Virus record (IMG/VR): IMGVR_UViG_3300028384_001500
Coordinates: 124,001-188,000 of that record
Strand: one strand, 5' to 3'
DNA length: 64,000 nt
Part shown: piece after piece, positions 1 through 10,302 of the stretch
Layout: every line of letters begins with the position of its first letter
Numbering within the stretch: position 1 is the first letter of the stretch
Notes under the pieces: generated by a model
What the model saw: the letters and a program-made list of their open reading frames with translations, nothing else
Databases searched by the model: none
What the model was told of the DNA's origin: nothing
Position numbers and translations under genes: made by a program

Positions 1-545
1 TCTTTAAATAGTTCTATTAGTGCATTTTTTCCTTTAAGAGCTCCTGATTCTATTTCTAAAGCTGAGTCTTTTCCATTAGCACTGACTAATCCTAAATGTT
101 GTGCCGCCTCTAATGCTTGGCCCGAAACCCCGCTTAAGGCTTCACCTGAAGCGTATGCAGCCTCTGTTATGCCGCCAAAAGTTTTTTGAACTTGTCGAAA
201 ATACAATACTTCGTCATCTAACTCTTTATTGTAGCTGCCTAATGCATTAAGGGCAATTTTTCCCATTTCCCCCACAGCTTTAAAAGATGCACCAAACACA
301 GCTGTCGCATTTGCCGATACTGACTTAATAAACTTTTTATTTTTTTCGCTTTCAGATTCTCTTTCATCGTCTCTTTCATCACTAGAACTAGAAAAATCAA
401 CGTCCGGAACGGTGTCATCACTACCTGAAGTAGATGTCGTGTCACCCGGTGAACTTGATCTTCTACCGGTGAACAGTCTTGAAACACTAGGGTCGGACAT
501 AGCTTCTATAAAAGCTTCTTTAATTTCGTCTTTTGTAATTGACAT
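1..545 (-). CDS. 5' part of a probable tape measure protein (runs off the window edge)
   Basis: Manual translation from ATG at 545 (MSITKDEIKEAFIEAMSDPSVSRLF...) stays open to position 1; Ala/Gly-rich helical character; directly follows tube and chaperone genes. Not in the ORF track. Confidence 0.6.
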   Translation of the reverse strand, partial: MSITKDEIKEAFIEAMSDPSVSRLFTGRRSSSPGDTTSTSGSDDTVPDVDFSSSSDERDDERESESEKNKKFIKSVSANATAVFGASFKAVGEMGKIALNALGSYNKELDDEVLYFRQVQKTFGGITEAAYASGEALSGVSGQALEAAQHLGLVSANGKDSALEIESGALKGKNALIELFK

Positions 546-571
546 AAATATTCCTGTTTAGATATAAATAT

Positions 572-842
572 CTATGTTCCTAACTTATTTTTAATACCAG
601 CTTCAAACTTATTTAGCATATCCATTTGGTTGTTACTATTACGATTTTTATTTCCACCGCTTCTAGCATCTTCAAATGCTTTGTTTTTATCGTCAAAATG
701 TTTAACAAGTCGGCGTAGAAACCAAGTACGATACCGTATTGGTAACTTATGCACCTCTGAATATGACATGTTAAGGTGAAGCTGGAGGGCGAAGAATTCT
801 TCTAGTATGTCTTCTCTCCAACTATGTACTGGGCCAAAAAAA
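572..842 (-). CDS. Tail assembly chaperone second frame (GT-like extension), or a small gene from ATG 769
   Basis: Frame ...FFGPVHSWREDILEEFFALQLHLNMSYSEVHKLPIRYRTWFLRRL overlaps the end of 822..1625 at a T7 run; sits between chaperone and tape measure. Confidence 0.6.
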
Positions 843-1625
843 CTCCGAATTAATCGGAAGCCCCATGTCATTATAATGATCGCAATTACTGCAATTATAC
901 TTCCAGCGCATATCAATGCCTGGTTCAGTATCTTTGATATGTTTTCTTAGTTTTCTACTATCCATTGCCGGCATATTTAAAACAAAATGCTTGATTTTAT
1001 TTTTATCTGTAATACCATCAATAGAAACAATTGTATTTTCTAAATAACTGGTAACAGAGTTATTATAAACTACACCCGCTGCTTTAAGTCTTTTTTCTGT
1101 AATTTCAATTTCTTTTTGATCATGCCCAGTTAAAAGTTTAAATTTTACTTCTTTTTTTGTAACAGGTAACACATAGGAAAATAAGTTTTTACCAGGCTCT
1201 ACTGGGTTTTCACTAAGGCGCCTAATAGATAACTGACTTAAGTCTACATCGACTTTGTTGTTTTTTCCGCACTTTTGACAATTGTGTTTTACTTTGTAGT
1301 CTGTACCATAACCTGTGATTCTAATAGAAACCATCAAAGAGTTTCTGTCGCCATCAATCATGTCGTTAACATTAATTGTTTTGTTAATCAAACAAGATTC
1401 AATAAGCTTTTCAATTACTGTACCATCTTTAATGTATGCCTGACTAGAAAGAATGTCTTCTTCACGCGCTGTCATTGCCTTTATTTGTAGGGTTTCTGTA
1501 TTATGTAAAATAGAGTCTGGGTGGTAAATTACTCCTTTTGACGGAAGAGGTACACTCTCAACTGGAACCTCCCATCCAAATTCGTCTTTTATAACGTTAC
1601 TACGTGGAATCATGTCATTGTTCAT
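822..1625 (-). CDS. Baseplate hub assembly / tail assembly chaperone (T4 gp26-like)
   Basis: LPSKG, MTAREEDIL, two CxxC pairs and C-terminal FFWP; follows the tail tube gene. Confidence 0.7.
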   Translation of the reverse strand: MNNDMIPRSNVIKDEFGWEVPVESVPLPSKGVIYHPDSILHNTETLQIKAMTAREEDILSSQAYIKDGTVIEKLIESCLINKTINVNDMIDGDRNSLMVSIRITGYGTDYKVKHNCQKCGKNNKVDVDLSQLSIRRLSENPVEPGKNLFSYVLPVTKKEVKFKLLTGHDQKEIEITEKRLKAAGVVYNNSVTSYLENTIVSIDGITDKNKIKHFVLNMPAMDSRKLRKHIKDTEPGIDMRWKYNCSNCDHYNDMGLPINSEFFWPST

Positions 1626-1644
1626 ATTTCTACTCCTAAATACA

Positions 1645-1678
1645 GAAAAAGCTTCTATAAATTATATAGAAGCTTCTC
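1645..1678 (-). terminator. Intrinsic terminator after the tail tube gene
   Basis: AGCTTCTATA-TAATT-TATAGAAGCT hairpin followed by TTTT on the minus strand. Confidence 0.6.
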
Positions 1679-1704
1679 TAAAAGTAAATAAAAATTAATT
1701 CTTC

Positions 1705-2196
1705 TTAGAACTGTAGTACACAATTGTCAACTTCTAGCGTTAAAGAAACTTTCATTAAGTCAGTTCCATCATAAGATAGACTTCCAAAGTTTGCTGATTG
1801 AATAATTGCACCTTTAATATCCCAAAGCTCAACAACTGTACCAATTGGATCTAACATTTTAAGTTGAAGATCACGCTTATAAAAATCAGCGTACCCTGCA
1901 CGACCTGAAACTGATTCGTAATGTGTTCTAACCCACTCCATAACTTGTTGCGCGCCTGATGGTGCAATTGGGTCATGAAGATCAACTGATATCGAGCCCC
2001 ACTTGATTTTACCGTCAGATATCATTCGATAACTATTAATAAACTTAATTTCTTGAGTTCCCATTGATACGTCTGGGCGTTTTGTTGACGTCACCAAAAA
2101 TGAATCAATACCTTCAATAGCTAGAACCCACCGGTAACCTCTTTTAGGTTCAAATTTATTTGGTAACATGTCTGTGACTGAAAGTGTTTCTGCCAT
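1705..2196 (-). CDS. Tail tube protein (gp19-like)
   Basis: 163 aa; FEPKR, W-x-WVR, LKMLDPIGTVVELWDIKGA; directly downstream of the sheath genes. Confidence 0.9.
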   Translation of the reverse strand: MAETLSVTDMLPNKFEPKRGYRWVLAIEGIDSFLVTSTKRPDVSMGTQEIKFINSYRMISDGKIKWGSISVDLHDPIAPSGAQQVMEWVRTHYESVSGRAGYADFYKRDLQLKMLDPIGTVVELWDIKGAIIQSANFGSLSYDGTDLMKVSLTLEVDNCVLQF

Positions 2197-2214
2197 TTTT
2201 TTCTCCTTATTCCT

Positions 2215-2225
2215 TTATATATATC
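2215..2225 (-). promoter_or_regulatory. Putative late promoter GATATATATAA (ATAnTTATA class)
   Basis: Identical copies at 11828..11838 and 13896..13906; variants upstream of other structural genes. Confidence 0.6.
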
Positions 2226-2231
2226 TATTAA

Positions 2232-5198
2232 TTAAAGATTTGAACCTGCATTTGTAACAACAAAATCAAGTGCAACAAATTCTACAGATCTAGTTGGTTG
2301 AATATAAATTTTTCCACGAATTGTATTGTTTTCAACGTCTGCCTGAGTTGTTGTTGACGTATCGATAACTGCCTTGTATCTATCAACGCCACTTTGCTCT
2401 TGAACTTTTTGCAAAATAGGATTAACCAGTGAAGTAAACTTCTCTAAGGTTTCTTCCCTATTTGGCTCAAATAATAAAGTATTGGCAACGTTTCTAACTT
2501 TTCTTCTAATGTCAATTAGTAATCTTCTTACGTTAATTCTATCTAGTGCAGAGTTTGCAGCTTGTAGAGTTTTCTGGCCCCAAATAGTTACACCAGTCCC
2601 AGGAAAAGCCGTGATAGGATTAATATCAGCTTCATATAGGTCATCAAGGTTTGTTCTGTTAAGTCTAACAGAAGCCATTTCTACGCTGTTTAAAGCACCT
2701 CTCGCAAAACCTGCCGGAGCAAACCAAGGGTGAGCAACTCTATCGTTAAGAGAATAAGCACCAAGAACTGCGACTGATGGTGGAACCTGAACAAGTGTGC
2801 CTGTGTCAGGATCGTTAACGACAACATCAGGAAAATATGAAGCTGCAAAAGAAGTATCAAGCGCTCTATTTTTAAACGAAGAAACTGTATTAAGTACGTG
2901 TGGCTTTTGTACAGATGAAGTAATTACTGTATTTACTTGATCTCGCTCCTCAATATCCATGACATAGAGAGCATCAAATCTTTCTTCAATTTTTTGAACA
3001 GCAAAGTCTGTTACAGATGCGTGTCTAAGGCCAGGTATCGCAAGAACTTGAATATCAACGTCAGTTTTTGAACTCATAATTTCTGTTGCTTTTCTATAAG
3101 CCGCTACCGTATTATCATTAACACCGTTGTCACCATCCATTTCTCTTTTAACTGCGTTGTTTGTTAATTTGTATCTGTCTGTATTAAATATATTTGTTCC
3201 GTTAAATCCGCCTTGTGCCATAAATGTAAATTTTGCAAACTTAACATTGCTTACTTTTCCTAAATCGTCAACAGTAAAGCCTCTTGTCTTGTTTGACTCG
3301 TTGGCTGCGATAACACCATTTCTAATATAGGAAGCGCTTAACCAATATTCTGGATCAGCAAGTGTATCTGATCCTGTTCTTACTTGAATATTTTCTAAAG
3401 AAAACTTATTATTATTAAAAGTGTCACTATCGATCACACTTCCATTTACGTCAGCAGCTCCTGCATTATCACCAACGGAGAAATTAAGTATATTTGTTCT
3501 ATGGCCAGGAAAATGTTTAACAAAAGACTGAAATGACTGATCTGGTAAGCCAATTAAATTAGGCTCGTTTGCGTCTGTCTTTCTAGTGGTTTGAACTCCC
3601 CAGAAAAGCCTAGAATCTGACTTCTTTTTAATACCTGTTCCTTGAGATACAGATTCTCTATACGGAATAGGAGGCTCAATCATGCCTCTAATTGAGTCTG
3701 CTGTCGTATAAATTCCACCGTTAATTCCGCCTAGTGATAATAAAGATCCGCTTGTTACTAAGTGATTAGGTCCTCTGAATCCCATAGGAAGTGCTGTCGC
3801 GTCAACATTTCCATTTTCAACATCATCAGACATTTCAACTCTGATATATCTAGATCTAACTGGGTGGTTTCCTTCAACAATTATCTTTTGACTATTTTTT
3901 GCAACATCAAAATTAAAGAAAATGTGTTGATCCCCAACAACACGCCCAACATACCTATCTGAACCTGGGTTTAATGACAGTCCTCTAAAAGATTCCAATA
4001 CAACCGGTTCTTCATCAGTATCGTTAAAGTCTCTAACAACTAAGTCAAAAGTACCGTATTGATCAATAGTTGACGATGATTTTCTAATATTTTCAATTGA
4101 AAATTTAAATCTATTAGATACATTTTCGCCTGATGACAACAAATGAATTTTAAATAAGTTTTTAGGATTTGCACCGTATGCTTGTGATATCACAAACGGT
4201 GTTTTCGCATTTGTAAATCTATCCTCGAAATCTTCAAAATTAGGTACTGTGCTAGAGCCTACGTTCCTGTCTAAAGATGAAGTCATTAACAAAACAATGT
4301 CTTCTTTTTCATCATTAGAACCGGGAGAATATTCACCTGCTGTAATAGCATTGCTACCTGTAACTACAGCAATATCTGGGTATATATCATAATGTGAATA
4401 AAGTAAATGCCCTTCTTCTTCAATTTTAAGAGGGTCTCTATTAAATACATTTGCAAAATAGTTTGGCGCCGTCATATCAAAAGAAGCAGTAACAACTGTT
4501 TTCTTTGCGCTGTCTGTGTTATTGTATCCATTCATTAACATTACAAATTCTTGCGTTGCTAAGTCAACTGACCCGGTAATATGACCTTGCTTGGAAGTTG
4601 TGGCAGTATTTCCTTTTGTTGGGGCATCAGTATACTGTGAAGCATTTCCGCTTAAGTGCAGAATTACACCACTTGGTGCCAACAAAACGCCTCTTAGAAT
4701 TGGTTTAGCTGCAGCTGAAGTTTGGATTCCAGCATCACTAAATATTGTAGATCCGTTTGACTCTGACATAAAACAGCCTAAAAAGTATGTTCTTCCTTTT
4801 ACATCACCATTTCCATTAGCTGCATATGGGTTGTTACCTAAGTTACCGTTGCTTTGGTAATTTTGATCACCTACCAAATAGCCTGCATTTGTAACTTTAC
4901 CTGTTGACGTGTTTCTTTGCAAACCATTACCTGCTCCAAGTACCCTCATGTAAGTAACAGCCTGAGCATTTGTTAACCACTGGTGAACAGCTATAGGCCC
5001 AAATTTTTCACCATCTGACTTTCCAAATGTAGTTGCAAAGTCCTTATAGTTTGCAAATGTCAAAGGAACAAACGCAGGTCCTTCATTAGCAGTCCCAATA
5101 ATTCCTGCAGGTACACCAACCGGTCCAGTTCGAGAAGGCTGACTTAAGTCAATTTCTCTAGTTTTAACTCCTGCTGATTTAAACGTTATTTCTGCCAT
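2232..5198 (-). CDS. Tail sheath protein, copy 1
   Basis: N-terminal SAGVKTREIDLS/GPAFVP; C-terminal PWFAPAGFARG, WGQKTLQ, LDRINVRRLL. Confidence 0.95.
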   Translation of the reverse strand: MAEITFKSAGVKTREIDLSQPSRTGPVGVPAGIIGTANEGPAFVPLTFANYKDFATTFGKSDGEKFGPIAVHQWLTNAQAVTYMRVLGAGNGLQRNTSTGKVTNAGYLVGDQNYQSNGNLGNNPYAANGNGDVKGRTYFLGCFMSESNGSTIFSDAGIQTSAAAKPILRGVLLAPSGVILHLSGNASQYTDAPTKGNTATTSKQGHITGSVDLATQEFVMLMNGYNNTDSAKKTVVTASFDMTAPNYFANVFNRDPLKIEEEGHLLYSHYDIYPDIAVVTGSNAITAGEYSPGSNDEKEDIVLLMTSSLDRNVGSSTVPNFEDFEDRFTNAKTPFVISQAYGANPKNLFKIHLLSSGENVSNRFKFSIENIRKSSSTIDQYGTFDLVVRDFNDTDEEPVVLESFRGLSLNPGSDRYVGRVVGDQHIFFNFDVAKNSQKIIVEGNHPVRSRYIRVEMSDDVENGNVDATALPMGFRGPNHLVTSGSLLSLGGINGGIYTTADSIRGMIEPPIPYRESVSQGTGIKKKSDSRLFWGVQTTRKTDANEPNLIGLPDQSFQSFVKHFPGHRTNILNFSVGDNAGAADVNGSVIDSDTFNNNKFSLENIQVRTGSDTLADPEYWLSASYIRNGVIAANESNKTRGFTVDDLGKVSNVKFAKFTFMAQGGFNGTNIFNTDRYKLTNNAVKREMDGDNGVNDNTVAAYRKATEIMSSKTDVDIQVLAIPGLRHASVTDFAVQKIEERFDALYVMDIEERDQVNTVITSSVQKPHVLNTVSSFKNRALDTSFAASYFPDVVVNDPDTGTLVQVPPSVAVLGAYSLNDRVAHPWFAPAGFARGALNSVEMASVRLNRTNLDDLYEADINPITAFPGTGVTIWGQKTLQAANSALDRINVRRLLIDIRRKVRNVANTLLFEPNREETLEKFTSLVNPILQKVQEQSGVDRYKAVIDTSTTTQADVENNTIRGKIYIQPTRSVEFVALDFVVTNAGSNL

Positions 5199-5220
5199 AA
5201 AAATTCTCCATTTATTTTAA

Positions 5221-8200
5221 TTATTCGAAACTTACACCTGAATTTGTAATAATAAAGTCAACTGCAATAAATTCAATTGCTCTAGTAGGAACTAAAACAA
5301 TTCTTCCGTTAAGTCTATTTTGTTCAATATCTTCAGCTGAATTATTTGATGCATCCATAACAACTTCAAATCTATCAACGCCTTGATTTAATTGAATTGA
5401 AGCCAACTGTGGTGTAACTTGTGCTACAAATCTAGATCTAGTTTGTGGTGTATTTTGCTCAAATATTAATTGATTTGCAATGTCTGACACAATTCTTTTT
5501 ACTTCTAAAAGCATTCTTCTTACGTTAACTCTATCTAAGGCAGATCTATTCTGTTGCAATGTTTTTTGACCAAAAATAACGAATCCACCATTAGGGAAAT
5601 TAGCAATAGGATTGATTCTAGCTTCGTATAAAATGTTCCTATCCTCTGCGTTGAGTCTTACTTCAGAATTAACAACGTTTAATAAAGCGCCTCTATTAAA
5701 ACCAGCAGGGGCAAACCATGGATAAGCAACTGAGTCATTATATCCCAAAGCTTTAATTGCTGCAATAGAAGCAGGTAAAGAGACATTTGTATTGTTAACA
5801 TCGTCTGCAAATATCATGTCTGGAAAATATGTTGCTGCATAACTATTATCAAAAGCACGTGCCTCAAATGCGTCAATCGTTTCTTGGACGCTTGGTCTTG
5901 TAGTAGCATCAAAAAGTCTGTTTCCGTTATCATCATAAGAAGGAATATCCATAATGTATATTGCCTTGCTATAATCACGAGTTAAGTCAGAAACAAAGTC
6001 TGTTACAAAAGAGTCTCTAATCCCTGGAATACCTACAACGTTAACACGTGTTGATAATGGGTCAGTCATGATCTTGGCTGCTTCCCTATAAGAGTTGATA
6101 ATATTGTTTTGTTTTCCTGAACCTGGCGATGAGTCAGCATGTAAGTTTTGATGTGTGTAAGTCCCTAATGCTTTGTTTCCTTTTCCACCCGCGTCCAAAG
6201 AAGATGCTTTATCATTCATTAGACGATTATCTTTATCGAGAATATTTAAACCATCAAAACCACCGTACATAATGTTAGTAAACTTTGCATAGTCTGTAAA
6301 TCTATTAAAGTATTTTGCACTTCTTGCAGCAGCTAATGTTGCAAATGTAATACGCTGTCTAGATCCAACATCATCGAGAATTGTGTAGTTTTTGGTTTCA
6401 AGGACACCATTTCTTAAGTAAGCAGCATCTTTAATATGCTCGTTAGCTGAACCTGTTACTTCGCTGGCAATAGAATCTTCAATTGTCGACGTGGTTGCAA
6501 TTTGATTAAATAGGGCAACATTTGCCAATGTAAACTTATTATTGTTAAATACATCTGCCCCAGAACCGGTAACTAAAGTATCTAATTTTTGAATTCCTAA
6601 GAGTTTACTATAGCTCTCAACTAACGGGTTTTTCTTTGAAGAAGCATTAGGTTGAAGTATTGCATTACCTATAGTACCTGTCAAAGGTAAAGTTTCTAGT
6701 TTAATACCCCAGAAAAATCTACTATCAGCCAACTCTAATGAACCAGCTTGACCGGTAAATCCAGCACTACTTGCAGCTGCACCTCTTGTTGACTTAAATC
6801 TAAAAGGAACGGGAGGCAAAATAGACCCCGTGAGGTGTTCTCCCGCAACCGCTGAAGATCCTAAAACTGCTCCTAGTCTTGATCTTAAAGATCCGCCTGA
6901 CAATGATGTGTCATCGTCAGTAAGATTATCTGTAGTTTTAAGTAACGGAAGTCCTCTAAACCCAAACGGCAATGTCTCCTTAGGGATTAAGTTATCTTCT
7001 ACGTTACTATTCATAACAATTCTAACAAATTGTGACTTATTAGGTCGCTTACCTTCAACATTAATTCTTCTTTCAGACTCTGACTCAGCATTAAAATTAT
7101 AATATGCTTTCATATCACCAATTTTATTAGCAACATAATTTTCGTCTTTAGGGTCAAGCGTACATTGTGAGTATTGCTCTAAGACTTTTAAGTCTGTGTC
7201 TGTATCATTATAGTCTCTTACTAATACAGTAAAAGTTCCGTAAGGATTCTTTTTGTTAGTTGATCGTCTTAAATTAGATATTGAAACTTTTACTCTTTTA
7301 TTTCCAATTTCACCGTCGTCTAACGCCTCAAAATGGAAAAGATCATATTCTTTAGTTCCAAATGGTTGCGAGATAAACGACGTCGTTTTTGCTGTTGTAT
7401 ATCTTGTATCGAATCTACCAAAAGCATCTCTAAATGATTGCCCGGTGTCTCCACTACTATTACTTGTTCCAGCTGAACCGGATACAATACCAACTGTACC
7501 TTTATTTGCTGTTCTTGTCACTCTAGCTATTTCATCTTCGACTGCAAAATCAGCATAAAAAAGATGCTGTTCTTCTTGGAATCTGTCTGGGTTTTTGTTT
7601 AAAAACTTACCAACATAATGTTTGCTTGACGGATTCAAAGAAGCAGTATAAATTTTAATTCCTACGTTTCCTTCGTCATTTCCAAAATCAGATCCAATAG
7701 CACTAGATAAAACTAGTTTAAACGTTCCTTGCGTTTCACTTCCATCATATGCACTAATTTCTGCTAAATCATCCGCAACGTTAGAAGTACTATATGCATT
7801 ATCATAATCAAGCAATTGAATTCTTGATCCTGTTGCTGTTAAAATCATACCCCTTACTAGGCGTATTGATGTAGATGTGTCAAACGAATCACTATCTGTA
7901 AATAGTGGATATCCTGCACTTTCATTTGCATTTACATCATGCGATGCAACAAGAAATTGCACAGAACCAGCATGTCTATTTTCACCTGTAACTGGGCTTG
8001 GAGTTTGTGCTGCTGCTGTCGTTCCTTTAATTCTAAATCCTGCACTTTTAACAGTACCTTGTGTTAACGTTGTCTGTATGTCACCAGTGGTATTTGCAGC
8101 TCCGGCACCAAGTACCCTTATATAAGTAACAGCTGTTCTATTTGAAAGCCACTCTTTAACTGCATAAGGCCCATATTGTTCCCTGTTAAGAGTACCAAAT

Positions 8201-8367
8201 TTTCTCTCAAAGTCTACAAATGAACCTAAAGTGACAGGAACAAATGCCGGTCCTTGGGTTGCTGTCCCAATGATCCCTGCAGGTACACCTTCGATTTCTA
8301 CTGTTCTCTGAGTTAAATCAATTTCTCTCTCGAAAAAACCCGGAGATCTAAATGTTTGTTCTGCCAT
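5221..8367 (-). CDS. Tail sheath protein, copy 2
   Basis: SPGFFEREIDLT, GPAFVP, PWFAPAGFNRG, FGQKTLQ, LDRVNVRRML; AGGAG RBS favours ATG 8367. Confidence 0.95.
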   Translation of the reverse strand: MAEQTFRSPGFFEREIDLTQRTVEIEGVPAGIIGTATQGPAFVPVTLGSFVDFERKFGTLNREQYGPYAVKEWLSNRTAVTYIRVLGAGAANTTGDIQTTLTQGTVKSAGFRIKGTTAAAQTPSPVTGENRHAGSVQFLVASHDVNANESAGYPLFTDSDSFDTSTSIRLVRGMILTATGSRIQLLDYDNAYSTSNVADDLAEISAYDGSETQGTFKLVLSSAIGSDFGNDEGNVGIKIYTASLNPSSKHYVGKFLNKNPDRFQEEQHLFYADFAVEDEIARVTRTANKGTVGIVSGSAGTSNSSGDTGQSFRDAFGRFDTRYTTAKTTSFISQPFGTKEYDLFHFEALDDGEIGNKRVKVSISNLRRSTNKKNPYGTFTVLVRDYNDTDTDLKVLEQYSQCTLDPKDENYVANKIGDMKAYYNFNAESESERRINVEGKRPNKSQFVRIVMNSNVEDNLIPKETLPFGFRGLPLLKTTDNLTDDDTSLSGGSLRSRLGAVLGSSAVAGEHLTGSILPPVPFRFKSTRGAAASSAGFTGQAGSLELADSRFFWGIKLETLPLTGTIGNAILQPNASSKKNPLVESYSKLLGIQKLDTLVTGSGADVFNNNKFTLANVALFNQIATTSTIEDSIASEVTGSANEHIKDAAYLRNGVLETKNYTILDDVGSRQRITFATLAAARSAKYFNRFTDYAKFTNIMYGGFDGLNILDKDNRLMNDKASSLDAGGKGNKALGTYTHQNLHADSSPGSGKQNNIINSYREAAKIMTDPLSTRVNVVGIPGIRDSFVTDFVSDLTRDYSKAIYIMDIPSYDDNGNRLFDATTRPSVQETIDAFEARAFDNSYAATYFPDMIFADDVNNTNVSLPASIAAIKALGYNDSVAYPWFAPAGFNRGALLNVVNSEVRLNAEDRNILYEARINPIANFPNGGFVIFGQKTLQQNRSALDRVNVRRMLLEVKRIVSDIANQLIFEQNTPQTRSRFVAQVTPQLASIQLNQGVDRFEVVMDASNNSAEDIEQNRLNGRIVLVPTRAIEFIAVDFIITNSGVSFE

Positions 8368-8389
8368 CAACTTCTCCTAAACTAACAAA

Positions 8390-8399
8390 TATAAGTATT
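8390..8399 (-). promoter_or_regulatory. Putative late promoter AATACTTATA
   Basis: About 20 nt upstream of the sheath start; matches the recurrent motif. Confidence 0.55.
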
Positions 8400-8425
8400 C
8401 ATTTTTTTGTGTAATATCTTTTTAA

Positions 8426-9628
8426 TTATTCATATTGTCTGTCAATATCTTTTACAATTCTAGATGACACAACAGACTCTCCTGTTCTAGAGTTAACATT
8501 TTTTACTTTTAAAAACTCTGTTGACCCTTCTGTTGAAAAAGGATTCTCCACAAACCTTTCAATTGACTCATTAGACTCTCCTCTTTGAATCTTTAAACTT
8601 TCTTGATTTGTAATTTCAGAAAGAACATGTCGCTCAAATCCTTCTTTTTTTGTTTCAGGTTGATAGTCTAATTTAACTGGCGATCCCGTATCTGAATATG
8701 TAAAATCAATTACTGGAGCTGACAAGTAACTTCTCATTTGCAAAGGGTTCCCAGGAACTTTTGTATTTAAAATATAGCCAGGAACAGTCAAATCAAAGCT
8801 ATACTTAATTATTCTCTCATCATCTGTCATACTGTCAAAATTATTTTCAAAATTAATATTGTCCCCAATAAATGCAACTAATTCATATCCTTCTTTTGTT
8901 TGCATTGCAAACTCACCACCAGGAACGTCAATTTTATTTAAAAAGTATTCAATCATTTGATTTCCTTGCTGCATATACTGACACCAAAATGTAATATTGT
9001 ACGTCATAGCAATAAAATAAGGATAAGGCACCTGAATAATTTCAAAAATATTAGTGTTGACGTCTGAGTTTAAGTTAACATAAGAAGATCTAGAAAACTG
9101 AAGATTGCTTTTCTCTCTTCTCGATGAAGATCTTCCTTCTTTCGCAGTTAAAGAATTGGCCGAATCTATAAAGTTACCACTTGAAGAAACATTGTCTTGA
9201 TTTCTTATACCTTGTTTATTTAAGATGTTTTGAAAATCTCTATCTTTCTCTGACAATCTTTTTTTAACAGAATAATTTGGTTGTGCCCTAAGTGATATTG
9301 GTGTTCCTTTACCACCTTGGCTGGACCCGATATCTATGTTTTGTCGTGTTATTGATATTAAAGGTAGAATATTTGTATTGTTTCTATCTCTTATTGGATT
9401 TTTTCTTCGTGTTAATGCAAATCTTTCACCAGTTGCAAAAATCACAGGCACGTTTTTTGTAACACCTTTTGATGTGACTTGAAAGTTTAATTTGCTGTCA
9501 AATAAATCAAACACTGTCCTGTCTATGTTTTCAATTCCAATAGAAGGAAAGTCAAAATTTTCTGGTACGTTATTTCCATCAAAATCTTTAATAATGACTT
9601 GCTTTGGTGGGATTCTTACTTTAGACAT
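8426..9628 (-). CDS. Tail completion / sheath stabiliser (gp15-like)
   Basis: VPVIFATGER, LPLISITR, PYPYFIAMTYNITFW; lies between neck and sheath genes. Confidence 0.65.
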   Translation of the reverse strand: MSKVRIPPKQVIIKDFDGNNVPENFDFPSIGIENIDRTVFDLFDSKLNFQVTSKGVTKNVPVIFATGERFALTRRKNPIRDRNNTNILPLISITRQNIDIGSSQGGKGTPISLRAQPNYSVKKRLSEKDRDFQNILNKQGIRNQDNVSSSGNFIDSANSLTAKEGRSSSRREKSNLQFSRSSYVNLNSDVNTNIFEIIQVPYPYFIAMTYNITFWCQYMQQGNQMIEYFLNKIDVPGGEFAMQTKEGYELVAFIGDNINFENNFDSMTDDERIIKYSFDLTVPGYILNTKVPGNPLQMRSYLSAPVIDFTYSDTGSPVKLDYQPETKKEGFERHVLSEITNQESLKIQRGESNESIERFVENPFSTEGSTEFLKVKNVNSRTGESVVSSRIVKDIDRQYE

Positions 9629-9631
9629 ATA

Positions 9632-10294
9632 TTACTCATCATAAAAAGACGATCCAACATTTGTATCGTCACCTTTGCTTGAAACTTCTTTTGGCCCGCT
9701 AATTGGTGTGTCTAGCACGCCATTTTTTTGTAGATCTCTCACATCGCCTGTTTTACCTAGGCGATTTTCTTCAAATCCACGTTGTTGGACAAAAGTATCT
9801 TGTACTGCATCGTCATCTAGATAACCTTCAGAAGTAGGCCCAAATATTTTCGCTAAAAATAAATCTTTCCTTGCTTGTCTTCCACTAATTGTTATAAATC
9901 TTTTATGCTCTATTTGCCCAAAAATAGTCTGACTTATGGGTGCTTTAACCACTTCAAAAAAAGTACTTCCGTAAGAAAAAAAGTCGCCTTCTAAAATCTC
10001 AATGCCTTTATCTAAAAGATCACGTGACTGTATATAAGCTTCAATAGTATAGTATTCTTCAGATCCAAATCGATCAGTCTTAATTTGTTGCGCCTCATAT
10101 TTAACCAAACAATCAAGTTCAATTGGTGATTCAAAGACTTTATCAGGGCTTTCCTCATAAATGTCATGTACTTTTGATTTAATCTCAGATATTTGAAAAA
10201 GATATATTTTTTGACCTATTACATCTTTAACTACTTCTTTGGCGATATCATTAATAAAATTCATTTCGCGTGGTGTTATAAAAAGTCTTGCCAT
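9632..10294 (-). CDS. Neck / head closure protein (gp14-like)
   Basis: DIYEES..K.F, FG, EGDFF motifs and synteny. Confidence 0.65.
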   Translation of the reverse strand: MARLFITPREMNFINDIAKEVVKDVIGQKIYLFQISEIKSKVHDIYEESPDKVFESPIELDCLVKYEAQQIKTDRFGSEEYYTIEAYIQSRDLLDKGIEILEGDFFSYGSTFFEVVKAPISQTIFGQIEHKRFITISGRQARKDLFLAKIFGPTSEGYLDDDAVQDTFVQQRGFEENRLGKTGDVRDLQKNGVLDTPISGPKEVSSKGDDTNVGSSFYDE

Positions 10295-10302
10295 GACATC
10301 TC

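Noticed and set aside
239-487. 82-aa ORF in the track
   Set aside because: Out-of-frame shadow of the longer open frame starting at 545.
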